A DNA stretch of 48,211 nt, taken from contig JAYEKF010000013.1 of assembly GCA_034660895.1 (NCBI GenBank), positions 1-48,211 on the forward strand. Direction: 5' to 3'. Shown one piece after another: positions 8,892-18,432 of this stretch. The notes beneath the pieces are model-generated. The model was not told the origin of the DNA, ran no database searches, and worked only from the letters and a program-made list of their open reading frames with translations. The position numbers were made by a program, and so were the translations under genes. Position 1 is the first letter of the stretch. Every line of letters begins with the position of its first letter. Source of the stretch: Thermoproteota archaeon. Its GTDB lineage: Archaea; Thermoproteota; Bathyarchaeia; Bathyarchaeales; JAYEKF01.

Positions 8892-10715
8892 CTATTTGAC
8901 CGTCACCGACTTCGCCAGGTTCCTCGGTTTATCTGGGTCGCACCCCCTCTCCACCGCCATGTAATACGCAAACAACTGCAGCGGAATCACATATGGAATT
9001 GGACACAAAACCTCCGGTATCCCGCTTGGAACTTCTACGTAGTCGTCTACCAACGTTTTAATTTCTTCATCACCCTCCTCCACAACAGCTATTGTAGCCG
9101 CACCGCGAGCCTTCATCTCCATAATGTTTCCTATAATTGTATTCCGAGTTCCATCCCGGGGGCAAATAAACACGACTGGAAAGCCCTTTACAACTAAACT
9201 GATTGGGCCGTGCTTGCTTTCTCCCGCTGGAAAAGCGATTGAAGGAACATAGGCAATCTCCATAAGCTTCAGCCTTCCTTCCAAAGCCGTAGCGTAGCTT
9301 ATTCCACGTCCCAAAAAGGAGAAGTATTGAGCGTCGCGGTATTTCTTAGCTAACGCACGAATCTTACTTTCCTGAGTTTCGATGATGGTTTCCACGATGT
9401 CCGGAATCTCCTTCACTTTCTCCTTCACCACATCCATCTCATCCTGAGAAATTTTGCCCCTTTTCTTGGCTACCCTCAACGCCAACTGAGACAATACCGA
9501 GAGCTGGGAGGTAAACGTTTTAGTGGCAGCCACCCCGATTTCTGGTCCTGACTGCTGAGCCGAATACATACGGGAAACACGTGTCAATGTGGAACCAACC
9601 GCGTTGGTTAGCCCCAGAATTGTCGCGGCGCGATTACGAGACTGCTCAACCGCTTCCAAAGTGTCCGCTGTTTCACCGGACTGACTCACAGCTAATATGG
9701 TGCTGTCGATGTTGACGGATTTTCCATGCTGTTCAACAAACTCCGAAGCAATCACTGGATGGGTGGAAAGCAACGCTAACTTGGAGAACATGTAAGAAGC
9801 TGCAAGGCAGGCGTGGTAAGATGTTCCGCAAGCTACTAGAAACACTTCGTGAGCTCGGTCTAGGAAAGTTGCCATTAAATCAAGATATTGTTCTTGCAGT
9901 CGCAGGGTGTTTCGTAGACAAAACGGCTGCTCATGAATCTCCTTAAGCATAAAATGGGGGTAACCCTGCTTCCCAGCCATCTCCGGAGTCCAATCAACAA
10001 GTTTCGGCTCTCTTGCTACAGGGCTCCAATCAACGATTTTTCGAATTTCATACCCGCCGCCGTTCAGAATGACGAGTTCTCCGTCGTTAACAATCACTGA
10101 TTTGTTGGTTAGAGGTAGAAAAGCGGGGATGTCAGATGCGCAGTAGACGGCGTCTTCAGCCACGCCGAGAACGAGGGGGCTTTCTTTTCGAGCGCAGACG
10201 ATTTTGTCGGGTTCTCTGGAAGATAGAACCGCCACGGCGTAGGAGCCGTTTAACCGTTTTACAGTTTCACCCACCGCCTGTGGCAGGGATAATCCTTGTT
10301 TTAAGTTTTCCTCGATGAGATGGCCAATTACTTCTGTGTCGGTTTTAGATTCAAAAATGTGTCCTCGCTCTTGCAGTTCTGTTTTCAACTCTGCGAAGTT
10401 TTCAATTATTCCGTTGTGAACCACAGCTACTTCTTTGTTACAATCTGTATGAGGGTGAGCGTTCACTTGCAGGGGCGCTCCATGCGTAGCCCATCTTGTA
10501 TGTCCGATGCCTATTTTGCCCGGCAAGCCGTCTAGATTAAGGATTTTGTGAACTTCGTCTATTTTCCCCGCATCTTTTTTTATGAAAATCTTTCCATCGT
10601 TGACGGTGGCTTCGCCTACTGAGTCGTAGCCCCGATACTCAAGCCTCTTTAGAGCAGCATGGATAACTGGCGCGGCATCCCCGTCTTTGAGGATGCAGCC
10701 GAATATTCCGCACAT
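8892..10715 (-). CDS. glmS: glutamine--fructose-6-phosphate aminotransferase (isomerizing)
   Basis: 607 aa with an N-terminal MCGIFG nucleophile, two SIS domains (ACGTSYHA, SQSGETADT) and C-terminal PRNLAKSVTV. Confidence 0.95.
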   Translation of the reverse strand: MCGIFGCILKDGDAAPVIHAALKRLEYRGYDSVGEATVNDGKIFIKKDAGKIDEVHKILNLDGLPGKIGIGHTRWATHGAPLQVNAHPHTDCNKEVAVVHNGIIENFAELKTELQERGHIFESKTDTEVIGHLIEENLKQGLSLPQAVGETVKRLNGSYAVAVLSSREPDKIVCARKESPLVLGVAEDAVYCASDIPAFLPLTNKSVIVNDGELVILNGGGYEIRKIVDWSPVAREPKLVDWTPEMAGKQGYPHFMLKEIHEQPFCLRNTLRLQEQYLDLMATFLDRAHEVFLVACGTSYHACLAASYMFSKLALLSTHPVIASEFVEQHGKSVNIDSTILAVSQSGETADTLEAVEQSRNRAATILGLTNAVGSTLTRVSRMYSAQQSGPEIGVAATKTFTSQLSVLSQLALRVAKKRGKISQDEMDVVKEKVKEIPDIVETIIETQESKIRALAKKYRDAQYFSFLGRGISYATALEGRLKLMEIAYVPSIAFPAGESKHGPISLVVKGFPVVFICPRDGTRNTIIGNIMEMKARGAATIAVVEEGDEEIKTLVDDYVEVPSGIPEVLCPIPYVIPLQLFAYYMAVERGCDPDKPRNLAKSVTVK

Positions 10716-10922
10716 GTTGAAACCTCAAGCACTGCTGGTTACGTTTGAATCCGCTGCAGCATGCTTATTTTAGAGTTTGGCGCCTTCTATAAGCTTTTTT
10801 AGGAAAACGGTTTCAGTTCTAAAACTAAATTTTTAACGGGTTCCATAGTTTTGGATTTAGATCAGGCGAACCTTTAATAAAATATTTATAATGGAGGCTG
10901 TCTTTATCTACCGAGAAGATTT

Positions 10923-11888
10923 ATGAAGAAAAGAAAGTTGCTCAGCGACGAAGAAGAACAGCTAAACGTAAAGGAAATCGCTGTTTTCGAAAACCCCGAA
11001 AAGTTGAAGACTGTTCTTAACAAGCTTACTTGGAAAATTCTACGGTTATTAAGCGAGAAGGAAATGTATCCAATGGAAATCGCTAGGATGTTAAACGTGC
11101 ACGAACAAAAGATTTACTACCACATCCGCAAATTAGCTAAAGCCGGCGTGCTGAAGGTAGTAAGAGAGGAGGAGAAAAAAGGAGCCGTCGCCAAATACTA
11201 CAAAGCGGCTTTCCCAGCACTTGGAATTGAACTCCCCTTCGGCTACCGGAAAATTAAGGCGATTTCGACTCCAGCCCTCGACGAAAAACTGAAAAACTTT
11301 TTCACGCCGTTTCTGAAAGAAGACAGCTGTTTTGAAGGAAAAATTGTGGTAGGCAGCCCTGAACCGCACGGTCCATTCAAAACAAGCGCAAGAGACGGAC
11401 ATTATGCTTCTTATCTGACTTTCTTTCTCGGACAATTCGCGGAGTTGCCGAAGGACTTCGTCATACAACTAGACGTAGATGTCAAAGCGGAAAGAAGAGA
11501 AGGAAACAACTTAATCTTGGTGGGGGGGCCTGGAACCAACCTAATCACTCAAGAGGTTAACGATTTTCTACCCATACAATTTAACATGAAGAGCTCCGAA
11601 CGTGGATTCTTGTTCGGGGGTTTAGTCTCCGAGAAAACTGGAAACGTTTACACCAAGGACACTGTAGGATTGATTTCTAAAATTGTGAACCCTTGGAACC
11701 TAGAAAAAAACATTATTGTTTTGGCGGGAAACAAAGCTGTGGGAACCAAAGCCTGCGTGATCGCTATCGCCAAATTCTGGAAAGAAACGCTGAAAAACTA
11801 TAGCGACGAAGAAAACTTTGCCACCGTGATTCAGGGATTCGATTTAGACGGGGATGGAAAAGTAGATTCAATTGAAGTTCTAGAATAG
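10923..11888 (+). CDS. ArsR-type winged-helix protein with a ~220-aa C-terminal domain of unknown function
   Basis: 321 aa. The N-terminus KILRLLSEKEMYPMEIARMLNVHEQKIYYHIRKLAKAGVLKV is a typical ArsR-like wHTH. The C-terminal part (LILVGGPGTNLITQEV, IIVLAGNKAVGT) loosely resembles archaeal S-layer-associated domains. Confidence 0.6.
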   Translation: MKKRKLLSDEEEQLNVKEIAVFENPEKLKTVLNKLTWKILRLLSEKEMYPMEIARMLNVHEQKIYYHIRKLAKAGVLKVVREEEKKGAVAKYYKAAFPALGIELPFGYRKIKAISTPALDEKLKNFFTPFLKEDSCFEGKIVVGSPEPHGPFKTSARDGHYASYLTFFLGQFAELPKDFVIQLDVDVKAERREGNNLILVGGPGTNLITQEVNDFLPIQFNMKSSERGFLFGGLVSEKTGNVYTKDTVGLISKIVNPWNLEKNIIVLAGNKAVGTKACVIAIAKFWKETLKNYSDEENFATVIQGFDLDGDGKVDSIEVLE

Positions 11889-11922
11889 AAAGAGGCCTAA
11901 TTATTAACATTCGTGAAATGAA

Positions 11923-12351
11923 ATGGGAGTAGTCGAAATCGTCGAAGGCCATGGGGACAAAAATGTAAAATCCACCCACAAAACAACATTTGAACTCACA
12001 AAAGAAACCGCTCTAACAAAGCGTGGTAACTGCGTGATTGTGGTTGGCGCAAACAAAGGTGCGGCGGACTTAAGTTCAGATTTCAAGGAAGCCATGAAAA
12101 AAGAACGTGCGCAATTAACTATTATAATTGAAACTGGTGAAACTAAGGAAATTGTGGAGGCGAGAGGAAGCCCTCAACTGTCGTTCACGCATCCAACGGA
12201 TTTAGTGGTGAGAAAAAGCAACTACATTTGCAGCCGAACCCTAGCGATAAAAGCAGACAAGGCAGCCAACAATCTTTCAAGAAAACTCGTGAAAAACCTG
12301 CAGAACCCCAATCAAAAAGTCAAGATTACATTGAAAGTGAAAAATTACTGA
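11923..12351 (+). CDS. DUF371-like small protein
   Basis: 142 aa. STHKTTFELTKETALTKRGNCVIVVGANKGAADL and VVRKSNYICSRTLAIKADKAA match my recollection of the archaeal DUF371 family. Not verifiable here. Confidence 0.55.
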   Translation: MGVVEIVEGHGDKNVKSTHKTTFELTKETALTKRGNCVIVVGANKGAADLSSDFKEAMKKERAQLTIIIETGETKEIVEARGSPQLSFTHPTDLVVRKSNYICSRTLAIKADKAANNLSRKLVKNLQNPNQKVKITLKVKNY

Positions 12352-13523
12352 ATTTCAGCATCCACCACAACTTGCCAAGCATAAGGTGCAATTCCACGAA
12401 CAACTCGCGCCAACAAAACTTTCTCAACTTCACGGCCAGCTTGTTTTACGGCTTCGGTTAATCGAACCTTCGCAGTTTCCAGCGGCTTCGATTCGTGAGT
12501 GAATTCATAATAGTGTATAATACCGCCTTCTGGCTTCAAGGCTTCACACGTCGCATCCACGAACTCTATCGCCCTCTCCGGCAAATTCATAATCACTCGG
12601 TCGGCAATCCCTCTTAAACGTTCTTGAACAATTTGTTTTGCGTCGCCTAGAATGGGTGTAACCTTTTCCGCCACATGGTTCACGGCGAGGTTCTTCTCTA
12701 AGAGTTGTACGGCGTTTGGGTTCATGTCCACGGCGTACACTTGTACATCCCTACGCCTCTTTGCTATCAAAATGGAGAAGGGGCCGACACCAGCAAACAT
12801 GTCAACCACGGTTTCGCCCTCCCGAACTTGCTGAGCCACACGGTTATGCTCATGGGAAAGTCTTGGAGAAAAGTACACCTTCGCTAAGTCCACATGATAA
12901 ACGCATTTGTGCTCCCTATGAACCGCCTTAGTCTTCTCCTCACCCGCAATCACTTCGAACTCTCTAATACGATAAACGCCTTCCACAGCACCCGCCTTAG
13001 CGAGAACCGTCCGCAACCGCTTATGCACTGTTAACAACGCCTTTCCAATAACCTCCTCATATTCTTTCAACTCCGGCGGAACCTGTAAAACAGCGATGTC
13101 GCCAACAAAATCAACAGACTGAGGAAGACTAGCCAAAAGATGGGGAGGCAAACGGTTCTCAAGCGCATCCACAATATTTAGGGGACGTTTGCTACGTTCA
13201 GAGAAAACGTGGGTTGCGACCTCAAATTCAGAAAGGTTTTTTCTAAGCGTTTCAAGGTCGGATGGGAGCAATTTGCGAACTAAAGGTACATGTAGATAAT
13301 TGTTCACTCGGTCGATTTTTAAGTCTCGATTCAGAAGGTTAAGCTGGCTGAGAAGCAAAATGGCTTTTTCGCCTAGAACTTTAGGAACTTGCAGGCAAAC
13401 CGCCTCCGACGTTGCCAAAGCACTCAAACCTTCTAAGAAACAGATGGGTAACAATAAATAAAGCGTTACTAGCGAAGCCTCAGCCTGGAGGCCATACCGA
13501 ACGGAAACTAGACCACCAGTCAT
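12345..13523 (-). CDS. trm5: tRNA (guanine37-N1)-methyltransferase, Trm5 family (Met-10+ like)
   Basis: SAM-binding VVDMFAGVGPFSILIAKR and VYAVDMNPNAVQLLEKNLAVNHV. The track ORF (to 13646) overlaps the upstream gene. A realistic start is ATG 13523 or, more likely, in-frame TTG 13427, which would avoid any overlap. Confidence 0.8.
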   Translation of the reverse strand: MTGGLVSVRYGLQAEASLVTLYLLLPICFLEGLSALATSEAVCLQVPKVLGEKAILLLSQLNLLNRDLKIDRVNNYLHVPLVRKLLPSDLETLRKNLSEFEVATHVFSERSKRPLNIVDALENRLPPHLLASLPQSVDFVGDIAVLQVPPELKEYEEVIGKALLTVHKRLRTVLAKAGAVEGVYRIREFEVIAGEEKTKAVHREHKCVYHVDLAKVYFSPRLSHEHNRVAQQVREGETVVDMFAGVGPFSILIAKRRRDVQVYAVDMNPNAVQLLEKNLAVNHVAEKVTPILGDAKQIVQERLRGIADRVIMNLPERAIEFVDATCEALKPEGGIIHYYEFTHESKPLETAKVRLTEAVKQAGREVEKVLLARVVRGIAPYAWQVVVDAEIQ

Positions 13524-14445
13524 CAGATTTAGCTTGAAGCAGGGACTTAGCAGTTTTGTAGGCGACTTTGTAGTCGAAAATGCCCTTCTTAGCTTCCACA
13601 GCTTTTTTAAACAACTCGGCTTCCACCTTATTTTTGAAAGTTCCAATAGTTAACCCGCCGATACCCCAAACACCCGGCAAAACTTCAACACCGTCGTCTT
13701 TAGGTTTAACCCCTTCCACACCAACCGGGGGAATAGCATTCACATCCGCTACAACCTTACATCGTCCACCATATTTCTTAAGCACATCTAAAGGCAACAT
13801 CTGAATTCCGGCAGCACCGGCGGATAAAACAATCTCCATGTTTTGTACAGCTTCGCCGAACTGTTCGAATGCAGAAGCCTCCACACCTTTCACTCTTTCC
13901 TTTCCAATTTCCTCGTTAATTTTCTCCGCAACCGCCGTGGACTTTGCTAGTTTCCGTGAAGTAACAATCACGTTTGCGCCTTCAGAAGCGTACAAACGAG
14001 CGGCTGTTCGACCCACAGGTCCAGTGCCCGCCAGAACAGCGATTTTTTTTCCTTCGAAACCGCCGAACCCTTTCTGGATGGATAACACAAGGGTTTTAGC
14101 CACAGCGGCGGAGGCGGTGGTATACGCACCTTTCGGGTCAACGATGGTGGCGAGTTCGAATGGTGGAAACATCACTTCCTCAGCGACTTCCAAGATTCGC
14201 TGAGCTTTTTCAACATCATGCCCCCCAATGAAAAGTTTTGTATATTTTGCTCCTTTTGGGCCGCGGGGAAACATTGCGTCTTGAACAATCTTTCTTGTAT
14301 CTTCGGCAGTAACGTTACTGTACGTGAGAATTTTTGCTTCCGGAAAAAGGTTGATGGCGGTTAACATGTCAAAGGGACTGACATGCTTATTTGTGTCCAG
14401 AAAAATGAATACGGTTTTTTTCACCCCTTCAGACAAAGATGTCAC
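13480..14445 (-). CDS. NAD(P)-dependent methylene-tetrahydromethanopterin/tetrahydrofolate dehydrogenase, MtdA/MtdB family
   Basis: 321 aa. FLDTNKHVSPFDML, KLFIGGHDVEKAQ, KKIAVLAGTGPVGRTAARLYASEGANVIVTSRKLAKS and VVADVNAIPPVGVEG are colinear with methylotroph MtdA as I recall it. Confidence 0.7.
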   Translation of the reverse strand: MTSLSEGVKKTVFIFLDTNKHVSPFDMLTAINLFPEAKILTYSNVTAEDTRKIVQDAMFPRGPKGAKYTKLFIGGHDVEKAQRILEVAEEVMFPPFELATIVDPKGAYTTASAAVAKTLVLSIQKGFGGFEGKKIAVLAGTGPVGRTAARLYASEGANVIVTSRKLAKSTAVAEKINEEIGKERVKGVEASAFEQFGEAVQNMEIVLSAGAAGIQMLPLDVLKKYGGRCKVVADVNAIPPVGVEGVKPKDDGVEVLPGVWGIGGLTIGTFKNKVEAELFKKAVEAKKGIFDYKVAYKTAKSLLQAKSDDWWSSFRSVWPPG

Positions 14446-14501
14446 CAGAAATTACGTTACTTTCAGTAAGAACCCTGCGTGTTTTAAAACTTACGTGTTT
14501 G

Positions 14502-14598
14502 CGGGCCCGAGGGGAATTGAACCCCTGACCTGCGGGTTAAGAGCCTCAACCTAGCTGTGCAGCTAGTCCGCCGCTCTACCTTGCTAAGCTACGGGCCC
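14502..14598 (-). tRNA. tRNA-Lys(CUU) with a 23-nt intron at non-canonical position 30/31
   Basis: Hand-folded from GGGCCCG-UA-GCUU-AGCAAGGUA-GAGC-G-GCGG[ACUAGCUGCACAGCUAGGUUGAG]G-CUCUUAA-CCCGC-AGGUC-AGGGG-UUCAAUU-CCCCU-CGGGCCC-G. The intron forms a BHB: central helix CGGC/GUUG, bulges GGA and AGG, inner helix CUAGCU/AGCUAG. CCA is not encoded. Confidence 0.9.
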
Positions 14599-14677
14599 AT
14601 CACATAATTTTGAGAACAGCCACCCTAATATGTTTCGTTACGTAATCCTATTTAAATTACGGTAGAAGGGACACAGT

Positions 14678-15478
14678 TTGGGCGAACTCGTGTTCATAGG
14701 CTTAGGATTGCACGATGAGAAAGATGTTTCACTTCGAGGAATACAAGAAATGAAAACTGCAGACCAGATTTTCGCGGAAGTTTACACAAGTCTAATGCCT
14801 GCATTATCAATTGAAAAACTGGAAAAAAAAGTTGAAAAGAAGATTTTGGTAGTTTCAAGACGGTTTTTAGAAGAAGAAGGCGGACAGCCAATTCTACAAG
14901 AAGCAAAGGAAGGAAAAGCGGTTTTTTTGGTTCCAGGCGACCCGTTGATTGCTACCACTCATGTGGATTTACGGATTCGCGCAGAAAAAGAAGGAATAAA
15001 AACGCGTGTTGTGCATGGAGCGTCTATCCTTTCAGCCGTCATCGGTTTGTCAGGTTTACAAAACTACAAGTATGGCAGAAGCGTAACTATACCGTTCCCC
15101 ACAAACGGGTTCATCCCTGAAACGCCTTACTCGGTGATTAAACAAAACAAGAAACTGGGGCTTCACACCCTATGCTTCTTGGACATCAAAGTCGAGGAAA
15201 AACGGTGCATGACTATTAAACAAGGATTACAAACGCTTTTACAAGTAGAAAAAAGGAAAAAACAAAAAATACTCACATCAGACACTCTGGTTGTAGGGGT
15301 TGCCCGAGCTGGGTCGGACAATCCAGTGGTCAAAGCTGGTTACTTAGAAAAACTGGTAAACTACGACTTCGGCGCTCCCCCTCACACGCTGGTTTTCCCC
15401 GGTAAACTTCACTTTATGGAGGCTGAGGCGCTTGTCGGTTTGGCGGGGGCTCCGAAAGAAATCGTAGAGACACCTTGA
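14678..15478 (+). CDS. dph5: diphthine synthase
   Basis: 266 aa. FIGLGLHDEKDVSLRG, FLVPGDPLIATTH and a tetrapyrrole-methylase-like fold. The start is TTG 14678 or GTG 14690. Confidence 0.92.
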   Translation: MGELVFIGLGLHDEKDVSLRGIQEMKTADQIFAEVYTSLMPALSIEKLEKKVEKKILVVSRRFLEEEGGQPILQEAKEGKAVFLVPGDPLIATTHVDLRIRAEKEGIKTRVVHGASILSAVIGLSGLQNYKYGRSVTIPFPTNGFIPETPYSVIKQNKKLGLHTLCFLDIKVEEKRCMTIKQGLQTLLQVEKRKKQKILTSDTLVVGVARAGSDNPVVKAGYLEKLVNYDFGAPPHTLVFPGKLHFMEAEALVGLAGAPKEIVETP

Positions 15479-15530
15479 TATCGCGAAACTGCCAGAATTC
15501 TTATTTGGAAGGTTCCTTCAATATTATGTT

Positions 15531-15840
15531 GGGTTGGTGAGCTGGCGGACGGCTCCGAGCCGCAAGGCTTGAGGAAACTCCGCCCACAACGCAGACTTGC
15601 AACGTCGCAAGACGTAGGATGAGAATTCTGGCTCCGGAACAGAAACGAAACGTCCATCCAGCGTGTGAAGATGATGCATGCTAAGTTGCTGAAGATGCTG
15701 AATGTGAAACGGTGAAACGGCCGACCTGCAAGGTGAAAGGGCAAATAGACGCCGGTGATGTTTCTGCACGAGGCGTGGGTAGCCCGTTTAGCTGAATGCC
15801 GTCTTGAACAGAAGGCGGGTTACGACCAGCACACCAGCCC
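15531..15840 (+). ncRNA. rnpB: RNase P RNA (archaeal type A-like)
   Basis: P4 5' strand GAGGAAACUCCGCCC, conserved ACAGAAGGCGGGUUAC near the 3' end, and GUGAAA motifs. P1 pairs GGGUUGGUGAGCUGG (15531-15545) with CCAGCACACCAGCCC (15826-15840). It fills the dph5-tsr3 gap. Confidence 0.85.
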
Positions 15841-16362
15841 CTAGCTAAACATGAACTGTTTTTGTAACTTTACCACTTCAGTACTGTCTTTTGCTTTCGC
15901 ATAAGCATCTAACCGTTCACGGTTTAATTCAATAAAGTGGGGGCCCCATTTGAAAATCGAAAGCAAACGTTTAGCTTCATCCTGAAAACCCGCGATGTAC
16001 AAGGCTGCGGCTAACGCTTCCACCGTGCTCAACTTGGTGGGCACACCGTAATTCACTGGATTCGCCGCCACAAGATACGGTAGACAGCGAGAAGCACCGT
16101 GCATGTGAACGTGTAGTATTTCGTTGCTGTGAACCCAACTGCAGTCTAAAGCCGCTAACCCTTTTTGTTTCAATCGCTCACGGTCCGCTGGAGAAAAAGC
16201 CTTTCCTGAAAAGGGGTTTAGAACCACTGCTTCGTGAGGCAGCCGCTTAATCTTGTACACCAATCGAACAAGGTTGTGATGTCCCAGTTTCAGCGCCGTA
16301 CATTTTTTCGGGTCACATTGCCTTGCATGATAAACAGTGATTTCAACGTTTTTATAGTGCAC
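15841..16362 (-). CDS. tsr3: 16S rRNA aminocarboxypropyltransferase Tsr3 (DUF367)
   Basis: 173 aa. VYHARQCDPKKCTALKL, LDCSW and YGVPTKLSTVEALAAALYIAG are typical of Tsr3. Confidence 0.85.
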   Translation of the reverse strand: MHYKNVEITVYHARQCDPKKCTALKLGHHNLVRLVYKIKRLPHEAVVLNPFSGKAFSPADRERLKQKGLAALDCSWVHSNEILHVHMHGASRCLPYLVAANPVNYGVPTKLSTVEALAAALYIAGFQDEAKRLLSIFKWGPHFIELNRERLDAYAKAKDSTEVVKLQKQFMFS

Positions 16363-17896
16363 GGTTCAGCACACTTCTATGAGCCATCGGATTCTCCATA
16401 ACCTTGGGAATCCAGTCAAGAAGATCTGTGGGAACCATGTGACACCCTTTCTCGTTTTGCACAAAATCCCCGCAAGCGCCGTTGATGAAGGCCCCCGCCG
16501 CAGCAGCCTCGAAAGGGTCGGCTTTTTGCGCTAAAAACGTACCTACGACGCCCGATAAGACGTCGCCGGTTCCGCCTACCGTCATCCCAGGGTTGCCTGT
16601 GAAGTTAAGTTTCACCCTTTTTCCGTCGGAAATTACGTCCACCGGTCCTTTCAGCAAAACGACGGCCCCAAGTTCAGTGGCGGTTTTTTGCACCTCTACT
16701 ACTCTTTCCTCCAGGTCCTTGGGGGGCGCTGTCCCCGTGAGTTTTTGGTATTCACCGGCATGAGGCGTCAACACCAACGGTGACCTTAGCTGCCGCTTAA
16801 CCTCAGCGAACGCCTTTAATCCATCTGCGTCCAACAACAACGGTGTCCTTGCATCCTCCACTATCTTCACAATTTCTTCCACCGCATCCTCAGTTTCCTT
16901 GTGCAGTCCCAACCCTGGACCCAAAATTACGGCCGTCACCGTGGCTAAATAACGTTTAATCACAGGTGTGTTATGACGGTTAAGATGCTCCCCTTCCAAC
17001 TTCACTGTGATTAGGTTGGGAGACATGGCTGAGATCACGCGGCTGGTTTTTTCTGGAGCTGCAACGTAAACTAAATCCACGCCGGTGTGTAAAGCCGCTA
17101 AGGCGGCCAAGGTGGGGGCGCCTGAAAAGACCTCGCTTCCCCCCACCACGAGAAGGCGACCGAAATCTCCTTTATGCGATTGTGTTGGACGAGGTTTCCT
17201 TATTAATGAAACGTCGCCTGGACCCGCAAGCCGCTCCACCTCAGAGGGGATTCCGATATCCTTCACCACAACCTCGCCAACGTATTCCTCTGCTTTCCGT
17301 AGTCCCGGCTTCATCTTATGAAACGTAACTGTTAAGTTTGCTTTCACCGCCTCGCTTGGCACATCACCGGAATCGGAGTTCACACCCGTCGGCACATCCA
17401 CAGCGACACAAAACGCGTTGGCGTCGTTAATTTTTCTAACCAGCTGCAAAATCGGCGGACGAGGTGGGCCTTTCAAACCGGTTCCTAACAAAGCGTCAAC
17501 TAAAACCTCTGCTTCCACGGGGGGAATAAGTGTAGAATCACAAATCTCATGTATATTTACGCTGTTTTTCAACGGTTGCAAGGCAATCCAGTTCTTACGG
17601 ACGGCTTCATCTGTAATATTTGAAGGTTTGCCTGCAAGCAACACTTCCACTTTGAAGCCTATACTCGCTAAATGACGTGCAACAACGAATCCGTCGCCTC
17701 CATTCCCTCCTAACCCGCAGAAGACTGCAACTTTAGCTTCTTCGGGTTTAAAACGGAATGAAATTTCTGTGGCAACGTTCCGTCCAGCGTTTTCCATCAA
17801 CTGCAACAGTGAAACACCGAAATATTCGGAGTTAATTTCAAGAGCGTGCATTTCCCTACTTGTTATGACATCCGTTTCCATATAGTTCATCTCCAA
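16352..17896 (-). CDS. nnr: bifunctional NAD(P)H-hydrate epimerase / ADP-dependent NAD(P)H-hydrate dehydratase
   Basis: 514 aa. YjeF N-terminal domain (VFCGLGGNGGDGFVVARHL) plus a C-terminal carbohydrate-kinase-like domain (HKGDFGRLLVVGGS, GNPGMTVGGTGDVLSG). Confidence 0.9.
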   Translation of the reverse strand: MEMNYMETDVITSREMHALEINSEYFGVSLLQLMENAGRNVATEISFRFKPEEAKVAVFCGLGGNGGDGFVVARHLASIGFKVEVLLAGKPSNITDEAVRKNWIALQPLKNSVNIHEICDSTLIPPVEAEVLVDALLGTGLKGPPRPPILQLVRKINDANAFCVAVDVPTGVNSDSGDVPSEAVKANLTVTFHKMKPGLRKAEEYVGEVVVKDIGIPSEVERLAGPGDVSLIRKPRPTQSHKGDFGRLLVVGGSEVFSGAPTLAALAALHTGVDLVYVAAPEKTSRVISAMSPNLITVKLEGEHLNRHNTPVIKRYLATVTAVILGPGLGLHKETEDAVEEIVKIVEDARTPLLLDADGLKAFAEVKRQLRSPLVLTPHAGEYQKLTGTAPPKDLEERVVEVQKTATELGAVVLLKGPVDVISDGKRVKLNFTGNPGMTVGGTGDVLSGVVGTFLAQKADPFEAAAAGAFINGACGDFVQNEKGCHMVPTDLLDWIPKVMENPMAHRSVLNRAL

Positions 17897-18118
17897 TTAT
17901 AAGCAGGGCACTTCACCATATAATTGTTAGTGGAAAAGCATAACAACTTTTTGACTTGCTGAATGTACAGCTTGAAAGCGTTTTTGATGTACAAAAGGAA
18001 TTTGACTTAAATGGGGTTAGAAGCACTATAAGAAATGCCGAACGTCTAATGGAAAAAATTAGGGTAAAGTATTTTAAGAGAACAAGCCAACAATAAGACT
18101 CTTAAGAGGAAAATAAGT

Positions 18119-18358
18119 ATGCCCACCGCCTTTGTGCTAATCAACACCGAAATTGGTTCAGAAGAAGATGTGCTAGCAGAACTCAAAAAAGTAGGAGGGG
18201 TAAAAGAAGCCTACTTGGTTTACGGCGTTTACGACATCGTAGCTACAATAGAAGCTGAAACCATGGACAAACTTAAAGAAATCGTAACGTGGAACGTGCG
18301 ACGGCTTGACAAAGTCCGGTCCACCCTAACCATGATTGTGGTTGAAGAAGCAAAATAA
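18119..18358 (+). CDS. stand-alone Lrp/AsnC ligand-binding (RAM) domain protein
   Basis: 79 aa. AFVLINTEIGSEEDVLAELKKVGGVKEAYLVYGVYDIVATIEAE. Confidence 0.7.
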   Translation: MPTAFVLINTEIGSEEDVLAELKKVGGVKEAYLVYGVYDIVATIEAETMDKLKEIVTWNVRRLDKVRSTLTMIVVEEAK

Positions 18359-18432
18359 CTTCCCCTTTTATTTGCTAACCCGAAACACAAGTTCTTATCA
18401 GAGAGATAATTTTCTAAAATAGAACAGATGAA

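Noticed and set aside
13524-13646. N-terminal extension of the trm5 ORF
   Set aside because: It overlaps the 3' end of the MtdA-like gene by up to 167 nt. Trm5 homology only starts around ...CLQVPKVLGEK, so a downstream ATG or TTG start is more plausible.
15409-15769. Minus-strand ORFs of 111 and 81 aa between dph5 and tsr3
   Set aside because: They lie entirely within the RNase P RNA gene, which has the P4 and CR-V motifs and P1 pairing. They have no protein-like features.
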